From NCBI GenBank assembly GCA_017510525.1, contig JAFWNC010000018.1, forward strand, positions 4,408 through 68,407: 64,000 bases of DNA, given 5' to 3'. This DNA is from Clostridia bacterium (GTDB lineage Bacteria; Bacillota; Clostridia; TANB77; CAG-508). Numbering within the stretch: position 1 is the stretch's first letter; every line of letters begins with the position of its first letter. A program made the translations under genes and the position numbers. Shown here one piece after another: positions 10,060 through 19,558 of this stretch. The notes beneath the pieces were generated by a model that saw only the letters and a program-made list of their open reading frames with translations, did not search any database and had not been told where the DNA came from.

Positions 10060-11163
10060 CTATTTTTCATATATTTTCTTAATACTTAAACACATATCCT
10101 TAATATCATACCCTCTGCTTGCAATTTCTTTATAAACGTTCTCTCTATCAATAATATTATGACTTTCATTACATATTTTTTGAGCAATATTATAAGCACC
10201 ATCATTTATATCAATTGGAAAATAAGATGTTATCTTAACTTCATCAGGTAATGTATCTGAACCAAAAACTATTACCCCATTTGTTTGAGCTTCAACTATA
10301 GCTATTCCAAACCCCTCAGAAATGCTAGGAATAATCAAACAATCCATACAATTCAATAACTCATTAACATTTTCTCTAAAACCTAAGAACAAAACGTTAT
10401 CAGAAATTCCTAATCTATCAACCTTTTTCTCAATCGAACTTCTTAACTCTCCATCACCAATCAACAATAAAACACTATTTTCATCTACTTTCTGGGTCTC
10501 ATAAAAAATATCTATTAATAAATCATGATTTTTAACAATATCAAATCTTCCAACATGTCCATAAACAGTTTTACCATCAAGATTTAATTCTCTCCTAAAT
10601 CTTTCTCTAACTTCTTTATTAAACTTAAATTTATCAATATCTATACCATCTTTTATTATTTTAATTTTTCCCTTATCAATAAATTTTTTCGTAAATAAAG
10701 ACTCTCTTGAGACCAAAGAACAAGCTAAATGTTCTTGAGTAACTTTTAAATAAATAGGACTCAAAACTGTTTTAATAAATCTTTTAAAATCACTTTGTTT
10801 AGGAACACTATGAGAATGAACAATAATCTTTTTTGCCCCTGTAATTTTACTTATTAAAGCAACTTGAAAAGAAAACAGAAAAACAGAAGAATTAATATGA
10901 ACAACATCAAACTTATTCTCTTTTAAAAACTTATAGAGTCTGCTTAAATACTTAATTTTACCACTCAAGCTTTTTCTGCTAATTCCTAAACTATGTACAA
11001 CTCCACCTAATCTAACTATTTCTTTTTCAGAATCTTTAAAAGGAATATCATTTGGAGTTAAAAAATGGAATTCAAATCCCTTATCAAATTTTTTAAAGAT
11101 TTCAAATTCCATTTTTTCAATTCCGCCAAACTCTTCTCCCATGCTAACAAACAATATTTTCAT
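10060..11163 (-). CDS. Glycosyltransferase family 4 (GT1 fold)
   Basis: Start at MKILFVSMGEEFGGIE (ATG 11161-11163) with GAGAAGG RBS. C-terminal GT1 motif region (GxxGxG...EGFGIAIVEA). 4-nt overlap with the upstream gene. Confidence 0.7.
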   Translation of the reverse strand: MKILFVSMGEEFGGIEKMEFEIFKKFDKGFEFHFLTPNDIPFKDSEKEIVRLGGVVHSLGISRKSLSGKIKYLSRLYKFLKENKFDVVHINSSVFLFSFQVALISKITGAKKIIVHSHSVPKQSDFKRFIKTVLSPIYLKVTQEHLACSLVSRESLFTKKFIDKGKIKIIKDGIDIDKFKFNKEVRERFRRELNLDGKTVYGHVGRFDIVKNHDLLIDIFYETQKVDENSVLLLIGDGELRSSIEKKVDRLGISDNVLFLGFRENVNELLNCMDCLIIPSISEGFGIAIVEAQTNGVIVFGSDTLPDEVKITSYFPIDINDGAYNIAQKICNESHNIIDRENVYKEIASRGYDIKDMCLSIKKIYEK

Positions 11164-11900
11164 AAACTCAACCTTCTCTTTATAGCATAATAAATATAAC
11201 ATAAATAACAATACAAACGTTTAAAAATTCCTAAATCTTCTCTTTTGAAAATATTCCAAGTTCTTTTTAGAGCTTTAAATTTATTAGATGAAAGAGAATT
11301 CTCTCCAACTCTATATATAGCAATAGTATCAGTTATTCCATAAGCAGTAATTCCAGGTTTTAAAACTTGCCACCAAGTTGCCATATCTTGTCCTCTTCTA
11401 ATATTAGGCATATAAATATCTTCTTTTTTCAAATGTTCCATATTAAGCATAACAGTTGATGTAAAAATCGTATGATTTTTTAGTAATTGATTATAATTAA
11501 CAGAACTTGGAACACGAGCCTTTTTGGTTTTTCCATTTTTTAAATATGCATAACCACCATAAACAAAAGTATAATCATTTTCCTCCATTAATTTAACTTC
11601 TCTTTCAACCTTATCTTCAACCCAATAATCATCAGAATCAATATAACAAATATACTCACCAGAAGAATTATCAACACCAATATTTCTAGCAACAGCAGCA
11701 CCAACATTTTCTTCTAGTTTAATAATTTTAATTCTATTATCCTTTAACCCCTCAATAATTTGAACAGTATTATCAGTACTTAAATCATCAACAACAACTA
11801 TTTCAAGATTTTTATATGTCTGATTAATAACACTATTTAAACACTCTTCAATATGTTTATGACTATTATGAACAGGAATAACTACACTAACTTTTTTCAT
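11160..11900 (-). CDS. Glycosyltransferase family 2
   Basis: MKKVSVVIPVHNSHKHIEECLNSVINQTY...VVDDLSTDNT...YIDSDDYW matches the GT2 DxD / QxxRW-type architecture. Confidence 0.75.
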   Translation of the reverse strand: MKKVSVVIPVHNSHKHIEECLNSVINQTYKNLEIVVVDDLSTDNTVQIIEGLKDNRIKIIKLEENVGAAVARNIGVDNSSGEYICYIDSDDYWVEDKVEREVKLMEENDYTFVYGGYAYLKNGKTKKARVPSSVNYNQLLKNHTIFTSTVMLNMEHLKKEDIYMPNIRRGQDMATWWQVLKPGITAYGITDTIAIYRVGENSLSSNKFKALKRTWNIFKREDLGIFKRLYCYLCYIYYAIKRRLSL

Positions 11901-12664
11901 ATATTAACATCTTTCTTTATATAATCTTTTGAACCCTTAACCATTAATTTAAAAGCATTAAAAAACTTTATCTCTTTCAAAACCTCTTTATGTCTTAACA
12001 AATATTGCAATATTAAAACAATTCTAAATCTTCTACTAATACCAGCAAAAACAGCACCTTTATCATAAAAGAATTTCTCATTATAACCATTAAACCATGT
12101 AGAATTTGTTTGATAAACAATTCCAATATTTTTAGTACTTGAATATATTTTTAATCCTTTTTTTAGGCAATCAACTAAAAAAATAGTATCCTCTCCACTT
12201 TGATATTTAGCTCCGGCCCCAAAAAGAGTATTAAATCTAATATTCCCAACACTTTCACGTCTAAAAGCAATTCTAGAACTAGTATATCTTAAAACATTAT
12301 AAAAATGCAACCTTTTATTCTTCTTATTAAACTTTATTTCTCTATTAGGACTATCAATATTAAAAGTAATAATATCAGCATCCTTATTCTTATCAAACTC
12401 TTCTAAAATAAGTCTTTCGTAATCTTTGTTATAAACAACATCATCATCACATAAAACAATAATATCGCCTTTAACATTATCTAGTCCTTTATTTCTGCTA
12501 TTAGACAATCCACGTTCATCACAAGAATAAATCCTAAAATTTTTATATTGTGTAAAATCATTTTTATCACATTGATTAATAACAACACAATCACTTGTAA
12601 TATTCATCTTATCTAAATTATCTAATCTTAAATTCATAACTGATAATAAAACTTCTAACTTCAT
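11897..12664 (-). CDS. Glycosyltransferase, GT-A fold (family 2-like)
   Basis: DxD-containing core (VLCDDDVVY). Translationally coupled (4-nt overlaps) to the neighbours on both sides. Confidence 0.55.
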   Translation of the reverse strand: MKLEVLLSVMNLRLDNLDKMNITSDCVVINQCDKNDFTQYKNFRIYSCDERGLSNSRNKGLDNVKGDIIVLCDDDVVYNKDYERLILEEFDKNKDADIITFNIDSPNREIKFNKKNKRLHFYNVLRYTSSRIAFRRESVGNIRFNTLFGAGAKYQSGEDTIFLVDCLKKGLKIYSSTKNIGIVYQTNSTWFNGYNEKFFYDKGAVFAGISRRFRIVLILQYLLRHKEVLKEIKFFNAFKLMVKGSKDYIKKDVNI

Positions 12665-14934
12665 TTATTTCCCTTTTCATTTACATATTTAGTATAATAC
12701 GTTTTAAACGATTCAATCTCTTTCTCAGAACTATCTATTCCAGCACCATTTTCTAAATTTTTCATATTTTCATCATATTCTTCTTTTAAAAGACTTTCAA
12801 ATTCATCTAAAAACTCTTTAAACCTATCTTTTTTAGAATTATCATCTGGCAACTTAGAAATATACTCCTCTAAATTATTAATACTTTCTACAATAACAGA
12901 AGTTCTACCCATTATATAGTTTAAATACAGCTTCTTATTAAACTCTATTTTTTTCATTCTATCTAAACCGAAACTTAAATACTCATCTAACTCATCCTCA
13001 GAAAGCTCATCAATATCTTCAAATATTTTAGTGAAATACAAATAATACATTTCTGTTTGCATATCATAAGGTTCATTTTTCATAAACCTTTGCAAATTAT
13101 CTAAACATTCCTTTGTATCTCCATCATTTTTATATTGATTAATCATTTCATTATAACAATACTTGCTTTTATAAGAGGTTATTCTTCTCTTATCACTAAC
13201 ATCAGACACGCAATATTCAGAAATACAATTTCTAACATAAAAGCTAAAAACGAATACCAAAAATACTACTAAAAAATAATCAATAAATTTAGGCAATTTG
13301 ATTTCTTCTTTATCATCAAAAATAAGAATAGCAAAATAAGTATAAACAATAACTTGAATAACCATAAAAGACATACTAAAATCAAAAACAAAACACTCAA
13401 GTACCATAAAAAATAAACCAATTATTATTAATAATTTATCTTTCATGCTATCTTTATTACCTAAAAACTGTTTCACTAATTTTACAATTAATGAAATTAA
13501 TACTATACAAAAAGCTATAACCCCAACAATTCCATAACTTATTAATAATTCAAAGAAATAACTATGAGACTCTTTTAAATCAGCACTATATTCCTGAACT
13601 GTAGAAGACAACACATGCCAAGTATTTCCACCATGTCCAATTATAGGACTTTGTTTTGCCATCTTAATACAATCACTATAAATATAACCTCTCTCCTTAA
13701 GGCTCTTTTCTTTTAAAGAATACTCGTAAAACATTTTACCAATTTTATTTGGAATATATTTAAAATTAATAATATATTCATCATCATTTATGTAGCACTT
13801 TCTAAGATTTATCTTACCATGGAAATCATTTAGAATTCTCAAATTAATATAACTAAAATCTTCATTAGGCGTAAATTTAATTTCAACCTTGCCATTTACA
13901 TCTCCAAACTTAGTTGAAGATATTTTACTCTCCTTAAAATATTTATTACCTTCAATTATCTGAAGCTCAAAAGCAGAATTTTTAAGCACTTTAGCAACAT
14001 CTCTTGTTTCAACATCAAGCTCTAGTTTATATTCCTCACCTTCTTTAAAATTATATTTCAATCTAGTCCAGTAACTTTGTTCTGTAATCTCAAATGGCTC
14101 AGAAACCCTTAAAGAAAATGCTAAATATGAACCAATAATTACAATCAAAACTAATCCAACCCCACCAAATATTTTCCAATATTTCTTAATATATTTTCTT
14201 CCAGAAACTAAAAAATATATTCCTAAAATAAGTAACAATAGAGCAATAATAGTTCTGGCTATTGTTATCCAAATTATATAAAAGATAAATAAAGAATATA
14301 AAACACAAATCCCCTTAACAACCTTATATTTATTATTTTTAATAACATTAATTGCTAAAAACAAACAAAAAGACATATAAATAGCAACAGCATTAGCATA
14401 GCCAAAAGTACCAGAAAATAAAGAAGATTGCTCATATCCAAGATTTAACCATGAAGTAAACTTATCTAAATAATTTCCATTAATCATGTCTAAACCTAAA
14501 ACAACTGGAATTAAAGAACTAAAAAGTGTAACATAAACAATAAAATTCACTTTTTTATTTGAATCTATTGAATTTCTAGCCAAAATATAAACAGAATAAA
14601 TAAAGAAATATTTAATTATAAAATCAATAGTATCAGAATAAGAACAATAAGTTCTAAAAATTAAAGGTAAAAACATTGTAGCCATAAAAACTAAAACAAA
14701 ACCATCAACCTTATTTTTAATAAAAATTCTCTCACCTTTGTTTCTTATCTTTTTTACACTTAAAAACAGAATAATAAAAAACATCAAAACACAAATAGGT
14801 AAAACCCTTAATTCCTTTGAGTTATCACCTATTATAAAATTAAAAACAATAATAACAATACTAAGTAAAATTAAACCAAAGTATTTTAAAAAATTTCTTA
14901 TACAAAACTTAAAAAAATCTATAACCTTTTCCAT
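12661..14934 (-). CDS. Multi-pass membrane protein with O-antigen ligase (Wzy_C / WaaL / PglL-like) domain plus large extracytoplasmic insertion and C-terminal soluble domain
   Basis: More than 10 predicted TM helices. The signature HSYFFELLISYGIVGVIAF (H..Y...L.E.G..G) is characteristic of the Wzy_C family, which includes O-antigen ligases and pilin O-oligosaccharyltransferases. Confidence 0.6.
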   Translation of the reverse strand: MEKVIDFFKFCIRNFLKYFGLILLSIVIIVFNFIIGDNSKELRVLPICVLMFFIILFLSVKKIRNKGERIFIKNKVDGFVLVFMATMFLPLIFRTYCSYSDTIDFIIKYFFIYSVYILARNSIDSNKKVNFIVYVTLFSSLIPVVLGLDMINGNYLDKFTSWLNLGYEQSSLFSGTFGYANAVAIYMSFCLFLAINVIKNNKYKVVKGICVLYSLFIFYIIWITIARTIIALLLLILGIYFLVSGRKYIKKYWKIFGGVGLVLIVIIGSYLAFSLRVSEPFEITEQSYWTRLKYNFKEGEEYKLELDVETRDVAKVLKNSAFELQIIEGNKYFKESKISSTKFGDVNGKVEIKFTPNEDFSYINLRILNDFHGKINLRKCYINDDEYIINFKYIPNKIGKMFYEYSLKEKSLKERGYIYSDCIKMAKQSPIIGHGGNTWHVLSSTVQEYSADLKESHSYFFELLISYGIVGVIAFCIVLISLIVKLVKQFLGNKDSMKDKLLIIIGLFFMVLECFVFDFSMSFMVIQVIVYTYFAILIFDDKEEIKLPKFIDYFLVVFLVFVFSFYVRNCISEYCVSDVSDKRRITSYKSKYCYNEMINQYKNDGDTKECLDNLQRFMKNEPYDMQTEMYYLYFTKIFEDIDELSEDELDEYLSFGLDRMKKIEFNKKLYLNYIMGRTSVIVESINNLEEYISKLPDDNSKKDRFKEFLDEFESLLKEEYDENMKNLENGAGIDSSEKEIESFKTYYTKYVNEKGNK

Positions 14935-15007
14935 ATAAACAACTTCCCTTTTTTATATATTAATAATTTATACATAAAAAAACAAAAAATCAATATCTTT
15001 CTATAAA

Positions 15008-15087
15008 AAAACGTAGTGGTCGTTGTTCCCGAAGACCCATGTTCTCCAACGACATACAAAAAGGGCGACCAATGGCCGTCCCTACAC
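15008..15087. repeat. Degenerate module A plus module B hairpin (GGGCGACCAATGGCCGTCCCTAC), downstream of pilin-like paralog 2
   Basis: Homologous to 8416..8442 and its flank; the paralog 1 and 2 3' flanks are alignable. Confidence 0.55.
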
Positions 15088-15102
15088 AAATCATATTAAA
15101 CT

Positions 15103-16797
15103 TTAAAACCTACTAGCATCAACAACAATCGTTCCATTATAACCAGAATTTTCAACCAAAGTCTTAACCGCCTCAGTTTCAACATAAATAGTCGCATATA
15201 CACAATCAAATGCTTTTTCACCTATACTAATTACACTTGATGGTATATTAACCGAAGTCAAATTGCTACAATTTTCAAAAGCACTTTTACCTATAGTAGT
15301 TACACTTGATGGTATATTAATTGAAGTTAATCCATTACAATAATCAAATGCATATTCCCCAATACTAGTTACACTTGATGGTATATTAATTGAAGTTAAA
15401 CTATAACAACCTAAAAAAGTACTATCTCCGATACTAGTTACACCTGATGGTATATTAATTGAAGTTAAACTCAAGCACTCATAAAATGCACCATTTCCAA
15501 TGCTAGTTACAGTTGATGGAATATTTACTGATGTTATACTCTTGCACCAACAAAAAGCACCATTTTCAATTGATGTAGCACCGGAAGGTATATTAATAGA
15601 AAGTAAATCTATACATGAGGAAACATCTACATCTAATATAGAATCTGGTAATACTACATTTTCAACTCTATATACATTATTCAAAAATCTATTTAAATTA
15701 GTTATACTACTTCCAGATGAAAAAATAACATTAGTTCTTGGTAACGAATATCCCAATTCATTTGAATCATCGCTAGGAATAAGAGTTGTTACACTTGCTG
15801 GAATTATTAATGATGATTCATCAGAAGTTGTTGCTCCATTTTCACTAGTATAATAAGAACCTGCAGATAAATTTGGAACGCATCCGCTTGAAAAATCACA
15901 AGATCCTCCACTACTCCAAGGTGCCCATCCACTAGCACCATCGGCATAATCAGTCGACGTAGTCGGAGCATTTGGATACTTCAATCCAGTAACACTATAC
16001 ATTTCTCCATTATGCTCAACCTCATAAGGAACAACTAATGTTCTTAATGTTTCTGCTATTTGGGCAGCATCTTCAGCCGATTGTATATCTGTTCCATGCT
16101 CTGCATATGTTGGAACAATATTGGCAAAATTTAATCCTGTTGCTGTAGCTGTTTTATTTGTATCATCAAAAGTATATGTAAATAAACCTTCACAGGCTTC
16201 CACTTCCTCTTCAGTAACTAATCCGCCATATTGTTCCTCAATCATAGCTGAACTAGAACTTTCACCTGAACTTCCAGCCACGCTCCAATCTAATTTTCCA
16301 CTTGTTCCTATTACTGCACTTGTTAATTCTTTATTTGATGTATCTTTTACACTTACCTCATATACAGTTTCACTCTCGACAGTTTTTGTATCTGCTGTTA
16401 CTGTATATTCTCCTGCTTTATTTGCCCTTCCTGCATTAATCTGAACACATACATATTCTGCTGCATTATTATAAGTTGTTGCTACAACTGTATTATCAGC
16501 CACTTGGGCAACACCATTTTCCTTCATAGCCTTAATTTCACCGTTGCTACTTGAATCAGAAGTTCTAAAATTAATTGTCTGATATTCTATAACCCAATCT
16601 GCAACTTTTAAATCAATTTCTTCCTGTATCTTTGCAATATTCGTAGTCTCTTTCGCTTCATTGCTTCGACTCAAAATTCCATTATCACCAACTACCATTG
16701 CAATAGTTACACCTGCTAAAATCAATAAAACAATAATTGTTATAACAAGTGCAATCAATGTAATACCCTTTTTACCTTTGAAATTCAATAATTTCAT
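15103..16797 (-). CDS. Surface protein with prepilin-like N-terminus and BspA-type leucine-rich repeats (paralog 2)
   Basis: First about 40 aa nearly identical to paralogs 1 and 3. About 8 LRR units (SINIPSGVTSIG...). Conserved C-terminal 30 aa (VENSGYNGTIVVDASRF). The upstream 95 bp, including the RBS, are identical to those of paralog 1. Confidence 0.6.
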   Translation of the reverse strand: MKLLNFKGKKGITLIALVITIIVLLILAGVTIAMVVGDNGILSRSNEAKETTNIAKIQEEIDLKVADWVIEYQTINFRTSDSSSNGEIKAMKENGVAQVADNTVVATTYNNAAEYVCVQINAGRANKAGEYTVTADTKTVESETVYEVSVKDTSNKELTSAVIGTSGKLDWSVAGSSGESSSSAMIEEQYGGLVTEEEVEACEGLFTYTFDDTNKTATATGLNFANIVPTYAEHGTDIQSAEDAAQIAETLRTLVVPYEVEHNGEMYSVTGLKYPNAPTTSTDYADGASGWAPWSSGGSCDFSSGCVPNLSAGSYYTSENGATTSDESSLIIPASVTTLIPSDDSNELGYSLPRTNVIFSSGSSITNLNRFLNNVYRVENVVLPDSILDVDVSSCIDLLSINIPSGATSIENGAFCWCKSITSVNIPSTVTSIGNGAFYECLSLTSINIPSGVTSIGDSTFLGCYSLTSINIPSSVTSIGEYAFDYCNGLTSINIPSSVTTIGKSAFENCSNLTSVNIPSSVISIGEKAFDCVYATIYVETEAVKTLVENSGYNGTIVVDASRF

Positions 16798-16884
16798 TAG
16801 TTTTCTCCTCCTTTTATCTTTTGTTTCATTATAAAACTATTATAATTTTATCTATAAAAAAATAAAAAATCAATACCTTTCTAT

Positions 16885-16925
16885 AAAAAAACATCCCTCG
16901 AAAATCCGAAGGATGTTTTTTGTTT
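16885..16925 (-). terminator. Hairpin CATCCCTCGaaaatCGAAGGATG flanked by A/T runs, after the stop of the 114-aa gene
   Basis: Inverted repeat with T-run, read directly. Confidence 0.55.
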
Positions 16926-16927
16926 TT

Positions 16928-17272
16928 TTAAGAAATTATTACATTTCCGTTTTCAATAGAAAGACTTACATTTCCCATATTAAGATCTCTTTTAAATCTC
17001 TCTACCATTTTCTCAGAAATCCGTTTCTTGCCGTAGTATTCAAGAATCTGTTCCCTGATATCAAAAGTAATTTTTCTACCATTTTCATCAGAAACAGTCA
17101 ATTTTACCTGAGCTGGCAAGCCATCAATATGGTACTGATCATTAGAATAAAATGTTTTTGCACCATTTTCATCATGATTTCCACCATACCGAACCTCTGT
17201 CTTTGACTTAACATAAGTTATTTTGTCAATGAAAATTTTTGCCATAGAAACCCCTCCTAATAGGCAATACAC
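16928..17272 (-). CDS. Hypothetical 114-aa protein; paralog of 50081..50398
   Basis: AGGAGGGG RBS 8 nt upstream and a terminator downstream. Shares a conserved 5' leader and protein blocks (IDKITYVK, DENG, ILEYYGKK) with 50081..50398. Contains two in-frame CGG Arg codons (17189-17191, 17021-17023). Confidence 0.5.
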   Translation of the reverse strand: MYCLLGGVSMAKIFIDKITYVKSKTEVRYGGNHDENGAKTFYSNDQYHIDGLPAQVKLTVSDENGRKITFDIREQILEYYGKKRISEKMVERFKRDLNMGNVSLSIENGNVIIS

Positions 17273-17327
17273 ATATACAACGTTTACTAGCTATTAGTAT
17301 AGAATAATATTAATCATTTGTCAACTT

Positions 17328-19373
17328 TTAATCTAAACATTCTTCAAACTGAGAATTATAAAGTTCAGCATAAAATCCATTTTGTTCTAATAATTCTTCA
17401 TGATTTCCCTGTTCAATAATATTTCCTTCCTTCATAACCAAAATCAAGTCAGCATTTTTTATTGTTGAAAGTCTATGTGCAATTATAAATGAAGTCTTTC
17501 CTTCAGTTAACTTATCCATAGCCTTTTGAACTAATTCCTCAGTTCTAGTATCAACATTTGAAGTTGCCTCATCCAAAATCAAAAATGGACTATTTTCAAT
17601 CATTCCTCTAGCAATAGTTAGTAGCTGTCTTTGTCCAGCAGAAACACTATCATTTTCAGAAATCTCAGCATCATATCCATGAGGCAAAGTCTTTATAAAA
17701 TGATGTAACCCAACTTCTTTACAAACTTCTTCAACTTCATCATCAGTTACGCCTTCTCTATTATAAATAATGTTTTCCTTAACAGAACCTTCAAAAAGCC
17801 AAGTATCTTGAAGAACCATAGTAAATAAATCATGAATATTTTCTCTAGTTAATTCTTTAGTAGAAACACCATCAATTCTAATATCACCTGAATTAATATC
17901 ATAAAACTTCATTAAAAGATTAACCATTGTAGTTTTTCCAGCGCCAGTAGGTCCAACAATTGCAACCTTTTGACCAGGCTTTGCTTCAGCTGTAAAGTTC
18001 TTAATAGTAGGCTTATCATTATTATCATATTGGAAAACAACATTATCAAATTCAATATGTCCTTTAACACTATTCTTATCTAAAGCCTTTTTAATATCTG
18101 CTTGTGAACCCATTTCTTCCTCATCAGCAAATTCAAACACCCTCTCAGACGCAGCAGCTGTAGATTGAAGTGCAGTCATTGCCTGAGCAATTTGTGAAAG
18201 TGGATTTGTAAATAATCTAACATAAGTCATAAAAGCAACAATTACTCCAAAAGTAATTACATCATTCATTGTTAATAAAGCACCAACAATACAAACAGCA
18301 ACATAACCAAAATTACCAATAAACATCATAAGAGGCATCATAATACCAGATAAAAATTGACTCTTTTCGTTACTTACTCTAACCTTTTCATTTAGTTCAT
18401 CAAACTTTATATCAGCCTCTTTTTTACCATTATAAGCCTTAACAACATTAAGTCCAGAATAAACCTCCTCAATATGTCCATTTAACTTACCAAGTTCACG
18501 TTGTCTATCTGTAAAATATTTTTGAGACTTCCCTAATATTGCTCCCATCCCAACAAATCCTATAATACTAGTACCTATAGCTGTTAAAGCCATTATCCAA
18601 TTAGTATAAAACATCATAATAATAGAACCTAAAAACAAAGTAATATTTGTAACTAAAGTTCCTAAAGATTGGTTCATGTTTTGAGCAATAGTATCAACAT
18701 CATTTGTAACCCTTGATAAAATATCTCCAAATTGATGTTTATCAAAATATCTTAAAGGAAGACTATTTATCTTGACCGAAATCCTACTACGCAAACCTTG
18801 AGCAAACCTATTTGAAACAGTAGCCATAGCAATAGATTGAATAAAACTAAAAATACTACTCATAATATACAAACAAGCTAATAATAAAGCAATCTTCTTA
18901 ATTATATCAATATTCATTTTTGGTTTTATTATTTTTTGTGCACTTTCTGGCATTTCGTCAATTTTTTTATAGAAATCGCTCTTATTATCCATTCCATTCA
19001 TGATTTCAGCAATTTTATATTGATCTTCTATTGAAACCCTGGTTCCATCAACCTCAATTGAATCAGTATTTCCCATACTAATATTAGTCATGGTTTTTTC
19101 CATTAATTCTTGCATATTATCCTGATTTACAACTAATCCTTTTTGAATCTCATCAGTTAAATCAGCCAATTTATTAGGTGCTAAAATAGATAAAACAGCA
19201 CTAAAAACAGCTAGTATAACAGCAAAAATAACAATTTTTCTATATTTACCTAATTCAATAAATAATCTAGAAACTGCTCCCTTAAAATCCTTAGCTTTCT
19301 CTCCAGCACCTCTTCCCATACCGTGAGGTCCACCGGGCCCTCTTCTAGGAGCTTCAGTATTTTTATCACTCAT
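17328..19373 (-). CDS. ABC transporter ATP-binding/permease (type I exporter half, LmrC/YheI-like)
   Basis: Six-TM domain followed by Walker A GPTGAGKTT, signature LSAGQRQ and Walker B ILDEATS. Start set at MSDKNTE (ATG 19371-19373) with AAAGGAAAA upstream. Confidence 0.85.
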   Translation of the reverse strand: MSDKNTEAPRRGPGGPHGMGRGAGEKAKDFKGAVSRLFIELGKYRKIVIFAVILAVFSAVLSILAPNKLADLTDEIQKGLVVNQDNMQELMEKTMTNISMGNTDSIEVDGTRVSIEDQYKIAEIMNGMDNKSDFYKKIDEMPESAQKIIKPKMNIDIIKKIALLLACLYIMSSIFSFIQSIAMATVSNRFAQGLRSRISVKINSLPLRYFDKHQFGDILSRVTNDVDTIAQNMNQSLGTLVTNITLFLGSIIMMFYTNWIMALTAIGTSIIGFVGMGAILGKSQKYFTDRQRELGKLNGHIEEVYSGLNVVKAYNGKKEADIKFDELNEKVRVSNEKSQFLSGIMMPLMMFIGNFGYVAVCIVGALLTMNDVITFGVIVAFMTYVRLFTNPLSQIAQAMTALQSTAAASERVFEFADEEEMGSQADIKKALDKNSVKGHIEFDNVVFQYDNNDKPTIKNFTAEAKPGQKVAIVGPTGAGKTTMVNLLMKFYDINSGDIRIDGVSTKELTRENIHDLFTMVLQDTWLFEGSVKENIIYNREGVTDDEVEEVCKEVGLHHFIKTLPHGYDAEISENDSVSAGQRQLLTIARGMIENSPFLILDEATSNVDTRTEELVQKAMDKLTEGKTSFIIAHRLSTIKNADLILVMKEGNIIEQGNHEELLEQNGFYAELYNSQFEECLD

Positions 19374-19425
19374 ATTAAACATTTTCCTTTCTTCATCAAT
19401 AACATCTATAACGCACTACCATATA

Positions 19426-19556
19426 CATTCGTAGCGGAGCACTAAAGTGCTCCATGTAAGGGCGGGTTTCCATGCCCTCCCATCTCTTGTGTCTGCATCT
19501 ACACTCGTAGGGGCGACCATTGGTCGTCCGCTCTCCAACGCCTTACCCTACACAAA
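19426..19556. repeat. Composite repeat: module A (CGTAGCGGAGCACTAAAGTGCTCCAT), module C (GTAAGGGCGGGTTTCCATGCCCTCCC), module B (GTAGGGGCGACCATTGGTCGTCC) and tail
   Basis: All three hairpin modules sit in one locus between the two ABC transporter genes. Confidence 0.7.
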
Positions 19557-19558
19557 TT

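Noticed and set aside
10060-11211. N-terminal extensions given by the ORF track (for example MLFMLYLLCYKEKVEF before MKILFV; similar cases for comEB, the MBL hydrolase, recJ, ymdB, ligA, plsC, DUF975, 55137..55949 and the deacetylase)
   Set aside because: Internal ATGs preceded by good SD sequences and matching family N-termini were preferred; the extensions run into upstream genes or repeats.
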